Source of the DNA: Candidatus Sysuiplasma jiujiangense
GTDB lineage: Archaea > Thermoplasmatota > Thermoplasmata > Sysuiplasmatales > Sysuiplasmataceae
Assembly: GCA_019721075.1 (NCBI GenBank)
Contig: JAHEAD010000007.1
Location: 1 to 64,000, forward strand
DNA length: 64,000 nt
Reading direction: 5' to 3'
The translations under genes were made by a program, and so were the position numbers. Every line of letters begins with the position of its first letter. Within the stretch, counting starts at the first letter, position 1. The notes beneath the pieces were generated by a model, which made no database searches, was not told the DNA's origin, and saw nothing but the letters and a program-made list of their open reading frames with translations. Below are positions 10,630 through 20,163 of this stretch, piece after piece.

Positions 10630-11628
10630 ATGACAGATCGTGTCAGTGGTGTGAGAAGGCAGATAGCAATACCTGACCTGATTATCAGCGAGTCGAATGT
10701 TAGGATGGGAGACATTGAACGGGACCAGCATGAAGTGGACAAGTTGGCAAAGAGTATCAGTGAAACTGGATTGCAAAACCCGCTTCGAGTGAGAGAGATC
10801 CCTGGGCAACCAGGCCAGTATGAAGTCTACGAAGGAAGCAGAAGGTTGAGGGCTCTAAAGCAGCTGGGCAAAAGTCACGCAGACTGTATTGTGTCAAATG
10901 TTTCAGATGCAGAAGCTACTCTTGCGTCCCTTCACGAAAACTTGGTCCGTGGAGAGATATCCGCACTGGAGATATCCAAAGGCATTTACAAGATCATGGA
11001 GCAGATCGAAGGAGGAGACATAACCAAAAGGAGAGAAGTTGCAAGGAGGTTAAACTGGTTTAAAGACGATGGTCGTCCTGATACCAATCGAGTGACGAAG
11101 ACGCTCAAGCTTGGCGAGTTTCAGGAAAAACTAGGTGGAAAGGTAGCGGTTAAGTACAGGACAAAAGGGGATGCCATGCGCAAGGAAAAGGTGATTCCGT
11201 GGGCAGTTGCAGAGCGACTGCAGACGATTCTTGAGAATCCCGTCGTGGAATCACAACTGCAATCATTAAAGGTGCCTGAACGTCAGAAGGACTACGAAGA
11301 TTATGTCATGCGACTGGCTAATGCTTATCGTCAAGTCAGAACAGGGAGAAGAAAGGTCTTTGAAGAACGGTTCATAGCCAATGCCAATCAAGATCCGGTA
11401 GAAACAGCGCAGGAAGTGGAACGAGAATCGATCAAAAGCCAACTCGTCACATTCCGCCTGGATCCGGAACTCTACGGGTGGATTGTACAGTTTGCAGCAA
11501 AGAACAACGTCACGAAGACTGAAGCAATTATTCGAATTATACAGGCACATAGGGCCCACCTCTCTTCTTCTGGTCGACAAGACCAGATAAACGACACTAA
11601 AATGACAGTGGAGGGTCAAACACTATGA
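10630..11628 (+). CDS. ParB/Srx-family protein with HTH and C-terminal ribbon-helix-helix-like domain
   Basis: LAKSISETGLQNPLRV, YEVYEGSRRLRAL (GxRR), SLHENLVR; C-terminal LVTFRLDPELYGWIVQFAAKNNVTKTEAIIRII. Confidence 0.85.
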   Translation: MTDRVSGVRRQIAIPDLIISESNVRMGDIERDQHEVDKLAKSISETGLQNPLRVREIPGQPGQYEVYEGSRRLRALKQLGKSHADCIVSNVSDAEATLASLHENLVRGEISALEISKGIYKIMEQIEGGDITKRREVARRLNWFKDDGRPDTNRVTKTLKLGEFQEKLGGKVAVKYRTKGDAMRKEKVIPWAVAERLQTILENPVVESQLQSLKVPERQKDYEDYVMRLANAYRQVRTGRRKVFEERFIANANQDPVETAQEVERESIKSQLVTFRLDPELYGWIVQFAAKNNVTKTEAIIRIIQAHRAHLSSSGRQDQINDTKMTVEGQTL

Positions 11629-11715
11629 AAGACGGGCTCAACTACAGCCGCAGAAGGTGCACCCGGCAATCATTTCTCCTTTCTATGGTTATCAAGCGGC
11701 ACCTTCTGATCAGGA

Positions 11716-11817
11716 ATATATTAATATATCGAAGTGATAATCAGTGATCACAATGAGCCCCGGTGTTCCCAAGGGGACGCCGGATGAAATAATCTTCTTT
11801 TCTTTTTTTTGTTTTTT
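11716..11817 (+). promoter_or_regulatory. TATA-like palindrome, then a GC hairpin and a long U-tract in the NYN gene leader
   Basis: ATATATTAATATAT 11716-11729; CCGGTGTTCC-CAAG-GGGACGCCGG stem 11760-11783 (two G-U pairs); T-rich run 11793-11817. Confidence 0.55.
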
Positions 11818-11833
11818 AAGTGGTGGGTTTTAG

Positions 11834-12433
11834 TTGGATAAGACTATTGTTTTCATAGATGATGGGTATCTCAGCAAGATTTCTAAGTTCCTAGGAGGAG
11901 GCACTTATCTCCAGATAGATATCAACCAATTCGCGATAAACCTAGCAAAGGCTCAGAACCTCTGGTGCGAAGAAGTCTATCTTTACACAGCTCCCCCTTT
12001 TCAATCTGCTGTTCCCACAACGGAAGAGGCAGAGAAGCGGGCGAGGTACGACCGCTTCACTTCTAGAGTGCGGAGGATTTCAGGCTTTAATGTCAGAGAA
12101 GGCAGACTGCAATACGTGGATGGTGAGTATCGCCAAAAGGGAGTAGATACGCTGCTCACAATGGATCTGCTCACGCTCACGAAAGAGAATTACCCTAACA
12201 TCAAGACCGTAATACTACTTGCATGCGACACCGACTTCGTGCCTGTTCTTCAGGAAATAAGACAAAATGGGGTCAAGATAATCCTTTATTACTTCACTGA
12301 TTACAAAAGGGGGTCCCTCTTTTCGATGTCCAATTACATTTTGACTGCTTGCGATCAGTGCGTGCTATTGGATATAAGCTACTTCACCATGAGTCTGCGG
12401 AAGCAGAGGTCAATTTCAAAGACCGAAGTATAA
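11834..12433 (+). CDS. NYN (LabA/DUF88, PIN-fold) ribonuclease
   Basis: VFIDDGY, QKGVDTLLTMD, ACDTDFVPV, acidic catalytic residues intact; TTG start after GTGGTGG. Confidence 0.9.
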   Translation: MDKTIVFIDDGYLSKISKFLGGGTYLQIDINQFAINLAKAQNLWCEEVYLYTAPPFQSAVPTTEEAEKRARYDRFTSRVRRISGFNVREGRLQYVDGEYRQKGVDTLLTMDLLTLTKENYPNIKTVILLACDTDFVPVLQEIRQNGVKIILYYFTDYKRGSLFSMSNYILTACDQCVLLDISYFTMSLRKQRSISKTEV

Positions 12434-12448
12434 CCACGACTGACTAAT

Positions 12449-12880
12449 CTAGTGCCGTGTTCAATAACTGAGTTCTGTCTCCTGAATTTCCAGATAACTC
12501 TTTTCCTTGCGGTTCTCCTGTCTCTCTTCCTCCTCTCCCTGTTCTCGAGCATCTCCTTCCTGTGCGCATTCTTGTACCTGATGGCACTCTGAAGTGCTGC
12601 ATCGACTTCCAGCCTTGATCTGTAGTCTGTATCCTTCAATGCCAGGCGCTGAATGTCACCTATGTGTGTTTCGACGGGATTGAGCCATGAAGCGTTTGTC
12701 GGTGTGGGTGCGAAGGAGACCCTGTTCTTCTTCGCCCATTTCATTATGTCCTCTGTTGAATGGACGGACAGGTTTTCCATTATCATGTGAATGCGCTGCT
12801 CCGCCGGATAGTGTCGTCGCAGCTCCTTGAAGAAGGAGAGTACGTTCTTCGCAGTCTTCCTTCTCCTCAGTCTCTGTCCA
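12449..12880 (-). mobile_element. IS630-family transposase 3' fragment with right end
   Basis: IHMIMENLSVH, PTPTNASWLNPVE (DDE_3); end CTAGTGCCGTGTTC shared with 35615 and 42538. Confidence 0.85.
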
Positions 12881-13122
12881 CCATCAACAATAGATGGGCA
12901 ATACACCTTAAAATGCTAAGCATAGGCGTAAATTCTACCCGAACCACAAACAGATATTAAGCGACAGTTTCTGGAATTGAATCATAGCAGATTGAGGCAG
13001 ATTTGAGACAATATCGTCTCTAGCACGATCAAGGAATCCACAGTGGCCTATTTGATGAGGTTTTCCGTGGCAATCATTATCCCCATTGGCAGAATACATA
13101 AGCAAATGCTTCAGAAACACCA

Positions 13123-15813
13123 TCAACCGTAAATCTTGGTCAACTCGCGGAATACCTGATCCAAATGTTTCAGACATAGTTCTTGGTCGGTTTTCCCATA
13201 CTTTGATAGATGTTCCGTCCTACCGCGTACGACGTTCCCTCTTGCGCTCCTAATCCATATCAAGCTATTAAGAGAGTCCATCCAGATGTGTTTAGACTTT
13301 AGGCATTCAAGTAATTTCCCAGTCACAAGTTGAGCGTGTTCAGCTCGCAATCTCCCTGAGCCAGTGACATATCTCTTCACACCATATTTGTCTTCGTAGA
13401 ACCACTCTTCTTTCTTCACGATAAGCGCATCAACATCAGTATTTCCTAACTTGCATAATATTGCAAACATCAGATTTTCAACACAGTCCCATGCCATAGA
13501 TATTATCTGGAATGGAGGCGCAGTGGACCGTCTCAAACTTATGTAAATTTCCCTTGCATTTTCGTAAAAGATTATGTCTGGACCCAGGAGTAAAGGACTC
13601 TTGAATCTTACCTCAAGATCATCATCCTTCGACTCGGGTGGGGTTGGATTGGTGGAATAGTAAGTCACAAAGTCCCTCACGGAGTAATTGTCCTTCCTCA
13701 ACCCTTTGAAGAGAGATTTCAACCCTTTGTTAGCAGCATAAACTGAGGAGCCATTGCTTAGCATAAGACTTCGATTCGCGATATACTTTAGTGGAGTAAT
13801 AAAGGAGGGTTGAACTTTGTCGGCAGGCAGACCACGCTCCACGAGTTCAATAAGGTAGTTCCATCCTTCTGCTGCATTCATTCCGCGTCTTTCCATCTCC
13901 AAGTAGTAGTGGTAGATGGATATCATGCCATCCCTAGCTTCAGAGTCAACGAGCACTAGTCTGTCAATGGATTTTCCAATGGCGTTGTCAAAATCTCTCT
14001 GGTATTGTTCGATGATAAAGTCCTTGGAAATCACGGTCTGCTTTTTTTGAGCTCCGTATCTGCAAATGGCTTCCGCAAGAATGAGTGCTTGCCGTGGATT
14101 GCCACCACTAAGCGTTCTAAACAAAGATGAGCAGCCTTGTGCGAACACTTTATCATAAGAGGATCCTGAGCTAATTAGTCGTCTTTCCAACAGGTTTTGT
14201 ACATCCTGAGTACTAAATGGAGACAGCTCCCATGCGTTTCGATAGCCCACGTATGAGAGTTCACTTGAACTTAGAAACTGACCCCACCTCTCTGCACATG
14301 CGAACACAACAATAGAAACCTCCCGCAATCTCGAAAGCAGATATTGCGAGCTTTTAAAGAAATCGACAACTAGTGGGTCTTTATCACTTGGCAACCTGTC
14401 AAGACTATCAACACAAATGATCTTCTTATTGCCGAGACGGACTGCCTCGACTATTCTCTCCGAGTCGATATCTTCACCTTTCCCTGTAACTCCTCTGTAT
14501 ATCGATTTGCAGACTATGTTGTAGATATCTGCTGAAGTCCTGACGTTCGAAATTCTGTCGGCGACGTCAGTCATGATCACGTCATACCTAGAATCAAATC
14601 TGCTCTTGATGCTTTGAAACAGTGTTGTCTTACCAAATCCTCTTCCTGCTATCAAGAGTTTTAACTCGCCGTTATTCCCACGCAGATAACCGCCAACTTC
14701 GCTTAAGATCGTTTTTGAAGAGGGTGTTTCAACGAATCTATCTGACCCAAAAGCCATTGGAATATCTATGAAAGGATTTCCGATGAATTTCCAATAAGAC
14801 ATCCAGTCATCGCCTTCGATGATGTCGGCATCCGAAGATGGAATGCTCTCAACTCTCTTGGGTGCGGCGGTAGTCAACCTTGGCCTGATAATATCGAGAA
14901 CACTTTCTGGAAGACCCTGCTTAACTGAGGATAGGGCCGAATCCGTAGTCTGTAGCTTTCGAGGGAAATGCAGTTTTATGTTATTATCCCATAATGCATC
15001 TTCAACGATTCCTAATTCCCTGCCAAGTTTTCCTAACAAATTCTCGGAGAGATATGAAATTACGGGTCCGCTTATTGAATCTGGATACGAAGCACAGATT
15101 CGAACTGAGCCGTTTTCGATAGTCACAGCATCGATGTAGTAGCAGTTGAGCCAATGAAGTATGGATTCAGGAGAAAGCCCATACTGACCTATCTTGCTCA
15201 TATCAACTCTCCTGAAGCTACAATCGAGTTCATCTGAAATCCTGAGCAAACCGGTAAGAACGCCAATGCGAACGTTGCCCTCGCCAAGAGGAGAATTTTC
15301 GTGGGGATCAAACTCAACGGACGATTGGTGCCGCTCACAGAGTGTAGCTACAAAGGGCAAATATCGACGAACACCACCATCGCTCAAACCTACCTCAAGA
15401 ATGTTGTCATTTCCCTTGGCAATTTCCCTGACTAGATATCCTGAAGCTTTCCCGTGAGATGCCCTTATTACCGCGTATTCGTCATTAGTGAGTTCATCTA
15501 CAGGCATATTGATACCATGGGCCCGGGGGACTTGCATTCCGACGTCATGAAACAAGACGGCTAATGCAAATATAAACAGCTCATCTTTAGTCAGTGATTT
15601 GGTGTCATTATTGGCCAAATTTTGGCCCAACAATCGATGAGCCACTGAAATGATGCGATCACAATGTGAAATTGAATGATCGGTGAAATTTGGCAGTAGA
15701 TTGTTATTAAGTATCTTAGTGAGTTTGTAGCGAACCTGCTTCATGGTTTGAAATTGGAAAAAGTGCAAATGATCCTCAAGCCAATTCCAATTATCAGGTT
15801 CTTCCTCCTGCAT
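13123..15813 (-). CDS. HD-CE phosphohydrolase + P-loop AAA+/STAND-like ATPase + C-terminal HEPN-like helical domain
   Basis: FTDHSISHCDR, LFHDVGM, IRASH, CERH, LRISDELD, LHW; GNPF, GRGFGKTT, ICVDSLD, SGGNPRQ; AWDCVENLM...WIRSARGNVVRG. Confidence 0.8.
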   Translation of the reverse strand: MQEEEPDNWNWLEDHLHFFQFQTMKQVRYKLTKILNNNLLPNFTDHSISHCDRIISVAHRLLGQNLANNDTKSLTKDELFIFALAVLFHDVGMQVPRAHGINMPVDELTNDEYAVIRASHGKASGYLVREIAKGNDNILEVGLSDGGVRRYLPFVATLCERHQSSVEFDPHENSPLGEGNVRIGVLTGLLRISDELDCSFRRVDMSKIGQYGLSPESILHWLNCYYIDAVTIENGSVRICASYPDSISGPVISYLSENLLGKLGRELGIVEDALWDNNIKLHFPRKLQTTDSALSSVKQGLPESVLDIIRPRLTTAAPKRVESIPSSDADIIEGDDWMSYWKFIGNPFIDIPMAFGSDRFVETPSSKTILSEVGGYLRGNNGELKLLIAGRGFGKTTLFQSIKSRFDSRYDVIMTDVADRISNVRTSADIYNIVCKSIYRGVTGKGEDIDSERIVEAVRLGNKKIICVDSLDRLPSDKDPLVVDFFKSSQYLLSRLREVSIVVFACAERWGQFLSSSELSYVGYRNAWELSPFSTQDVQNLLERRLISSGSSYDKVFAQGCSSLFRTLSGGNPRQALILAEAICRYGAQKKQTVISKDFIIEQYQRDFDNAIGKSIDRLVLVDSEARDGMISIYHYYLEMERRGMNAAEGWNYLIELVERGLPADKVQPSFITPLKYIANRSLMLSNGSSVYAANKGLKSLFKGLRKDNYSVRDFVTYYSTNPTPPESKDDDLEVRFKSPLLLGPDIIFYENAREIYISLRRSTAPPFQIISMAWDCVENLMFAILCKLGNTDVDALIVKKEEWFYEDKYGVKRYVTGSGRLRAEHAQLVTGKLLECLKSKHIWMDSLNSLIWIRSARGNVVRGRTEHLSKYGKTDQELCLKHLDQVFRELTKIYG

Positions 15814-16333
15814 CTATGAGCGAGATGTCATTTCAAGATAAGAATATGTCGAAGCTTCGGAATAATGGGGACAGAGTGAAGGGTAAGCGAGCAGCCGCCC
15901 AATGTGTGCCGACCAAGGCAGTTGACTGGATTTGTTGACTGCCCGAAAGTGTCATCCTAGGCAGAAGCGACAATAATGTAGCTTATTTTCTGTAACTGGA
16001 AAGGTCTCTCCTGTAATACCAGCCTTTTCAGCTGGATTGAAGGCATTCGCAAGGAGAGTTATTGACATTCAGATTTTTCTATCATAGACTCGACAGAAAT
16101 CAGCCTGTCCGGCGTTACAGTATCGATGGGTCTGAACCAAGCGGACAAGTCAAGCACACTACAGGGCATGATGCATTGTCATTCGTGACAACTTTTCTGA
16201 TTTTTGACTTAACAGAGATGCACAAAACGTGCAAGAAATTTCTTGACGGAGATCTTCATGGGCGATTGGTCGGCCTGTTGACACCCGAATGAAATCGCTT
16301 TTGCCAAGATTGCAATAGATGTTTCAACCAAAA

Positions 16334-16373
16334 TACTTAAATTGATGAGTAAAATTACTTAATATATTGAGTA
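16334..16373. promoter_or_regulatory. Two tandem imperfect palindromes TACTTA-N6-TGAGTA (22-bp period) at the ATPase start
   Basis: tacttaaattgatgagta 16334-16351 and tacttaatatattgagta 16356-16373. Confidence 0.6.
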
Positions 16374-17596
16374 AAATGTCAGATATCGAAACTGCTTACC
16401 CGTTCCGACGCCCAATCCTGAACGTCCTGCTCAATCGCTTGAGAGAACCGAGTCGGTTCATACAAGTCCTGACAGGACCGCGTCAGGCTGGAAAGACAAC
16501 TATGGCGACTCAGGCGATGAAGTATTCGGGATTACCGGCCCATTATGCCACAGCCGATGTGCCCGGCCTCAGGGATCGTTACTGGATTGAAGAGCAGTGG
16601 GATGTCGCCAGGAGACTAGCCGGTGAACAAGGTGGCAGGAGAGGGTTGCTGATATTGGACGAGGTGCAGAAGATACCGGACTGGTCGGAAGTGGTGAAGA
16701 AGCTGTGGGATGAGGAGGTGTCAAAGGGAGGGGGACTGCATGTATGTATCCTGGGTTCTGCTCAACTTCTCACTCAACACGGACTCTCAGAGAGCTTGGC
16801 CGGCAGATTCGAAACCATTCATGTTCCTCACTGGTCCTTTACCGAAATGTCACAGGCATTCGGATGGAATCTGGATCAGTACATATTTTACGGCGGATAT
16901 CCCGGTGCTGCACATCTCGTGAATGATGAGCGAAGGTGGGCGCAATACGTTTTGAATTCTCTGATCGAGACAACAATATCGCGTGATGTGCTTCTGTTGA
17001 CTCGCGTCGATAAACCCGCACTGCTTCGGCAGCTGTTCCTTCTTGGCTGTGAATACTCAGGACAGATACTCTCCTATCAGAAGATGATCGGCCAGCTCCA
17101 GGACGCGGGAAACACAACGACACTGGCACACTATCTTGAACTTCTTGCTGGGGCCGGAATGATTGCGGGTCTTCAGAAGTTCTCCGGCGCAAAGGTGAGG
17201 CAAAGGGGATCCATGCCGAAGCTGTTGGTGCTCAACACCGCGCTTATGACTGCCACTTCGGGATTTACACTTCAGGAAGCTAAAAGGAAACGTGAATTCT
17301 GGGGAAGAATCGTGGAGACAGCAGTTGGAGCGCACCTGTGGAACTCGTCCCTTGGAACAGGCATTCGGCTTTCCTACTGGCGCCATAGAAATCAGGAGGC
17401 AGATTTTGTTCTCTGGGACAAAAGAAATATTCTCGGTATTGAGGTAAAGGGCGGGGGCAGGGTCTATTCCCGAGCCGGACTGGACGCATTCTGTCAGGCG
17501 CATCCGGGAAGCGGAAGGCTTGTGATTGGCGCCGATGGTCTTCCCCTGGCAAGTGCGTTCCGCCTGACGTCTGAAAATCTGCTCCATACGAAATGA
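16367..17596 (+). CDS. AAA_14 ATPase with DUF4143 / PD-(D/E)xK C-terminus
   Basis: GPRQAGKTT, LILDEVQ, ESLAGR, YGGYPG, ETAVGAHL, YWR..EADFV..IEVKG (alternative start ATG 16376). Confidence 0.92.
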   Translation: MSKMSDIETAYPFRRPILNVLLNRLREPSRFIQVLTGPRQAGKTTMATQAMKYSGLPAHYATADVPGLRDRYWIEEQWDVARRLAGEQGGRRGLLILDEVQKIPDWSEVVKKLWDEEVSKGGGLHVCILGSAQLLTQHGLSESLAGRFETIHVPHWSFTEMSQAFGWNLDQYIFYGGYPGAAHLVNDERRWAQYVLNSLIETTISRDVLLLTRVDKPALLRQLFLLGCEYSGQILSYQKMIGQLQDAGNTTTLAHYLELLAGAGMIAGLQKFSGAKVRQRGSMPKLLVLNTALMTATSGFTLQEAKRKREFWGRIVETAVGAHLWNSSLGTGIRLSYWRHRNQEADFVLWDKRNILGIEVKGGGRVYSRAGLDAFCQAHPGSGRLVIGADGLPLASAFRLTSENLLHTK

Positions 17597-17613
17597 ATGA
17601 CATTACAACTGTC

Positions 17614-17640
17614 ATGATTGACTCCGCGACAGTCAATCAT
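17614..17640. terminator. 10-bp inverted repeat downstream of the ATPase gene, possible terminator
   Basis: ATGATTGACT-ccgcgac-AGTCAATCAT. Confidence 0.4.
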
Positions 17641-18015
17641 CGTTGGAAGGGTAGTGGAAACAAGTCTTGGAGATTATGGGGGCATCAAAGTGACAGTTGA
17701 CAGAAAAGGACCTGAAAAGGTGTTGAGAAGCATTGAGACGCAGCTTAATGCCGATATGAATTTACCGGAAGAATGCCACACTGCCTGAAGATAACTGTGA
17801 GATTCTCAGAGTGAACGTTTGAATCTGCACGCATGAGGATGAGACAGCGTGGACTTTCGGCTTTTACTTCCTTTGATTATGGGAGTTTTCCCATGACCAA
17901 ACAGGTATTCATGCAGGTCCCTTGCCTGCCTCCTGGCAAGTATTGCTCTCACATTCTCTGAGAGTACACAGGATCTGCAGGAAGAATTGCAGTATATGTT
18001 CAATGGATCAGGTGT

Positions 18016-19749
18016 TCATCTGAACAATGCTGTCCTGGCAAGATCGATCACTTCGTCGCCTCTTCCGCTCAGAACGGCCTTTGCCATGTATAGCGTGAAT
18101 CCCCTGATCTCCTCATAATGTATGCCCGGCGGTATGATGAGTTCGTTCCTGTTGACAGCAACGTCCACGAGGGCAGGACCATCATGTTTCAGCGCCTGGG
18201 AAATCGCCGGCTCAACCTCCTCGGGCTTTTCGGCCTTAAATCCGGGTATACCCGCTGCCTCTGCCACCTTCGCAAAATCAGGATTGACAAGATCTGTCCC
18301 GTACGGAATAATACCTGCGCCTTTCATCTCCAGCTCCACAAAGTCAAGCGCGCTGTTGTTGAACACGACGACCTTCACAGGCAGTTTGTGCTGGCGGAGC
18401 GTCATCAGCTCGCCCATGAGCATTGAAAGACCGCCGTCGCCTGAGAGCGAAATCACCTGTCGTCCCGGAAAAGCCGCCTGTGCCCCGATTGCAACCGGAA
18501 GCGCGCCTGCCATCGATCCATGCGAGAATGAGCCTATCAGCCTTCTCTTCCCGTTCATTGTGAGATAACGGGCCGCCCAGAGCGTAGGTGTTCCGACGTC
18601 GCAGACGAATATTGCATCCTCCGCCGCCAGTCTGTCGACTGTCCTTGCGGCATACTGCGGATGCACTGGCGTCTTCCCTTTCTTTCCGGTGGCGAGTGAA
18701 TCGAGATCCGCCCTTGTCTTTCTGTAATGGTCGAGAGAGGTTTTCAGGTGTCCGTCCGCATCTGTCTTCTGCTTCAGATACGGCTTGAGCGCAATGAGCG
18801 TTGTCTTTACATCTCCGAGCAGCCCGAGATCAACCCTTGTTCTCCTGCCTATCTGCTCTCCGCGAATGTCCACCTGTATGACTTTCGCATGCTGGGGGTA
18901 GAACTGGCGGTAAGGGAAGTCTGTCCCGAGCATGAGCAGCGCATCGGAATTCATCATTGCGTAATAACCGGAAGCGAAGCCGAGAAATCCCGTCATGCCC
19001 ACATCGTAGGGGTTGTCATGCTCTATGAATTCCTTGCCGCGCAGTGCATGCACTATCGGAGCCTGCAGTATGCCCGCAGTTTCAATAAGTTCCGTGTGGA
19101 CGCCCTCACATCCGGCTCCGCCCAATATAGTCACCTTTGAAGCGCTGTTCAGGATATCGGCCGCATTTCTCACAGCATCTTCCGGCGGCCGGGCAGAGGG
19201 CTGCTCCGTTCTGACTGCAACAGCGGGCGCTTCATCTGAAAGGTCCATCAGTGAAATGTCGCCGGGAAGGACCACTACGGAGACGCAGCGTTCGGTGATC
19301 GAGGTGCGCATCGCAACCTCCAGTATGTCCGGCATCTGCTCCGGCCTCGACACAAGTTCGCAGTAGCGGGCGCATTCTCTGAACAGCAGCTCCGGGTGGG
19401 TCTCCTGGAAATACCTGCTTCCTATCTCCCTGCTGGGAATATGGGAAGCAATGGCAAGCACGGAAGCACGGCTGCGATAACAGTCGTAAAGACCGTTTAT
19501 CAGGTGCATGTTGCCGGGGCCGCAGCTGCCGGCGCAGACTGAAAGGTTTCCCGTCAGCTGTGCCTCTGCACCGGCCGCAAAAGCGGCACTTTCCTCATGC
19601 CGTACACCGAACCATTCAATTTCTCCGGATCGTCTGTGTATGGCATCTGCTATGCCGTTAAGTGAGTCTCCCACAATGCCGTAGATCCTCTTCACACCCG
19701 AGGAGATGAGTGCATCTATCAGGAAGTCGGCGACATTCTGCCTGGCCAT
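18016..19749 (-). CDS. poxB: Pyruvate:quinone oxidoreductase (ThDP/FAD pyruvate oxidase)
   Basis: GIVGDSLN, RHEE, GSCGPGNMHLINGLYD, YFQETHP, GDGG...N ThDP motif, C-terminal AVLSGRGDEVIDLA. Confidence 0.93.
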   Translation of the reverse strand: MARQNVADFLIDALISSGVKRIYGIVGDSLNGIADAIHRRSGEIEWFGVRHEESAAFAAGAEAQLTGNLSVCAGSCGPGNMHLINGLYDCYRSRASVLAIASHIPSREIGSRYFQETHPELLFRECARYCELVSRPEQMPDILEVAMRTSITERCVSVVVLPGDISLMDLSDEAPAVAVRTEQPSARPPEDAVRNAADILNSASKVTILGGAGCEGVHTELIETAGILQAPIVHALRGKEFIEHDNPYDVGMTGFLGFASGYYAMMNSDALLMLGTDFPYRQFYPQHAKVIQVDIRGEQIGRRTRVDLGLLGDVKTTLIALKPYLKQKTDADGHLKTSLDHYRKTRADLDSLATGKKGKTPVHPQYAARTVDRLAAEDAIFVCDVGTPTLWAARYLTMNGKRRLIGSFSHGSMAGALPVAIGAQAAFPGRQVISLSGDGGLSMLMGELMTLRQHKLPVKVVVFNNSALDFVELEMKGAGIIPYGTDLVNPDFAKVAEAAGIPGFKAEKPEEVEPAISQALKHDGPALVDVAVNRNELIIPPGIHYEEIRGFTLYMAKAVLSGRGDEVIDLARTALFR

Positions 19750-20163
19750 ATTAATCTCCGGGGGACGATGGAGTGCATCTTATATCACTGTGACGAAAAT
19801 ACAGACCATGCAAAATACGGAAAGGAGCGCCGGGAAAAGGAAATCCAGAGTCAGCCAGGCCACTCAATTCATGTGCTTGCGGATATATCTGTTATTATGC
19901 ATTATGCAAAAAAATCCGCCACTCTCCGGTGATGTATGCTGATAGCTTGTTTTTCAGTCGGGCAAAATTCTCTACAGGAAAGGAATGCGATTAGGAAAAT
20001 GTGACAACATTCCGCAAAATCCAAATTCATTTGATAAGGAATAAGTGCAGTGAAATTTACATGCAGCGACCGGACTGCCTCCTATGAATGTTTCCGGCTC
20101 CTGCCCAATCCGGCGTGAATCCGCGCTTCTGCAGCTGCTGCCTGCAACCCGGGCTATTCTTAT

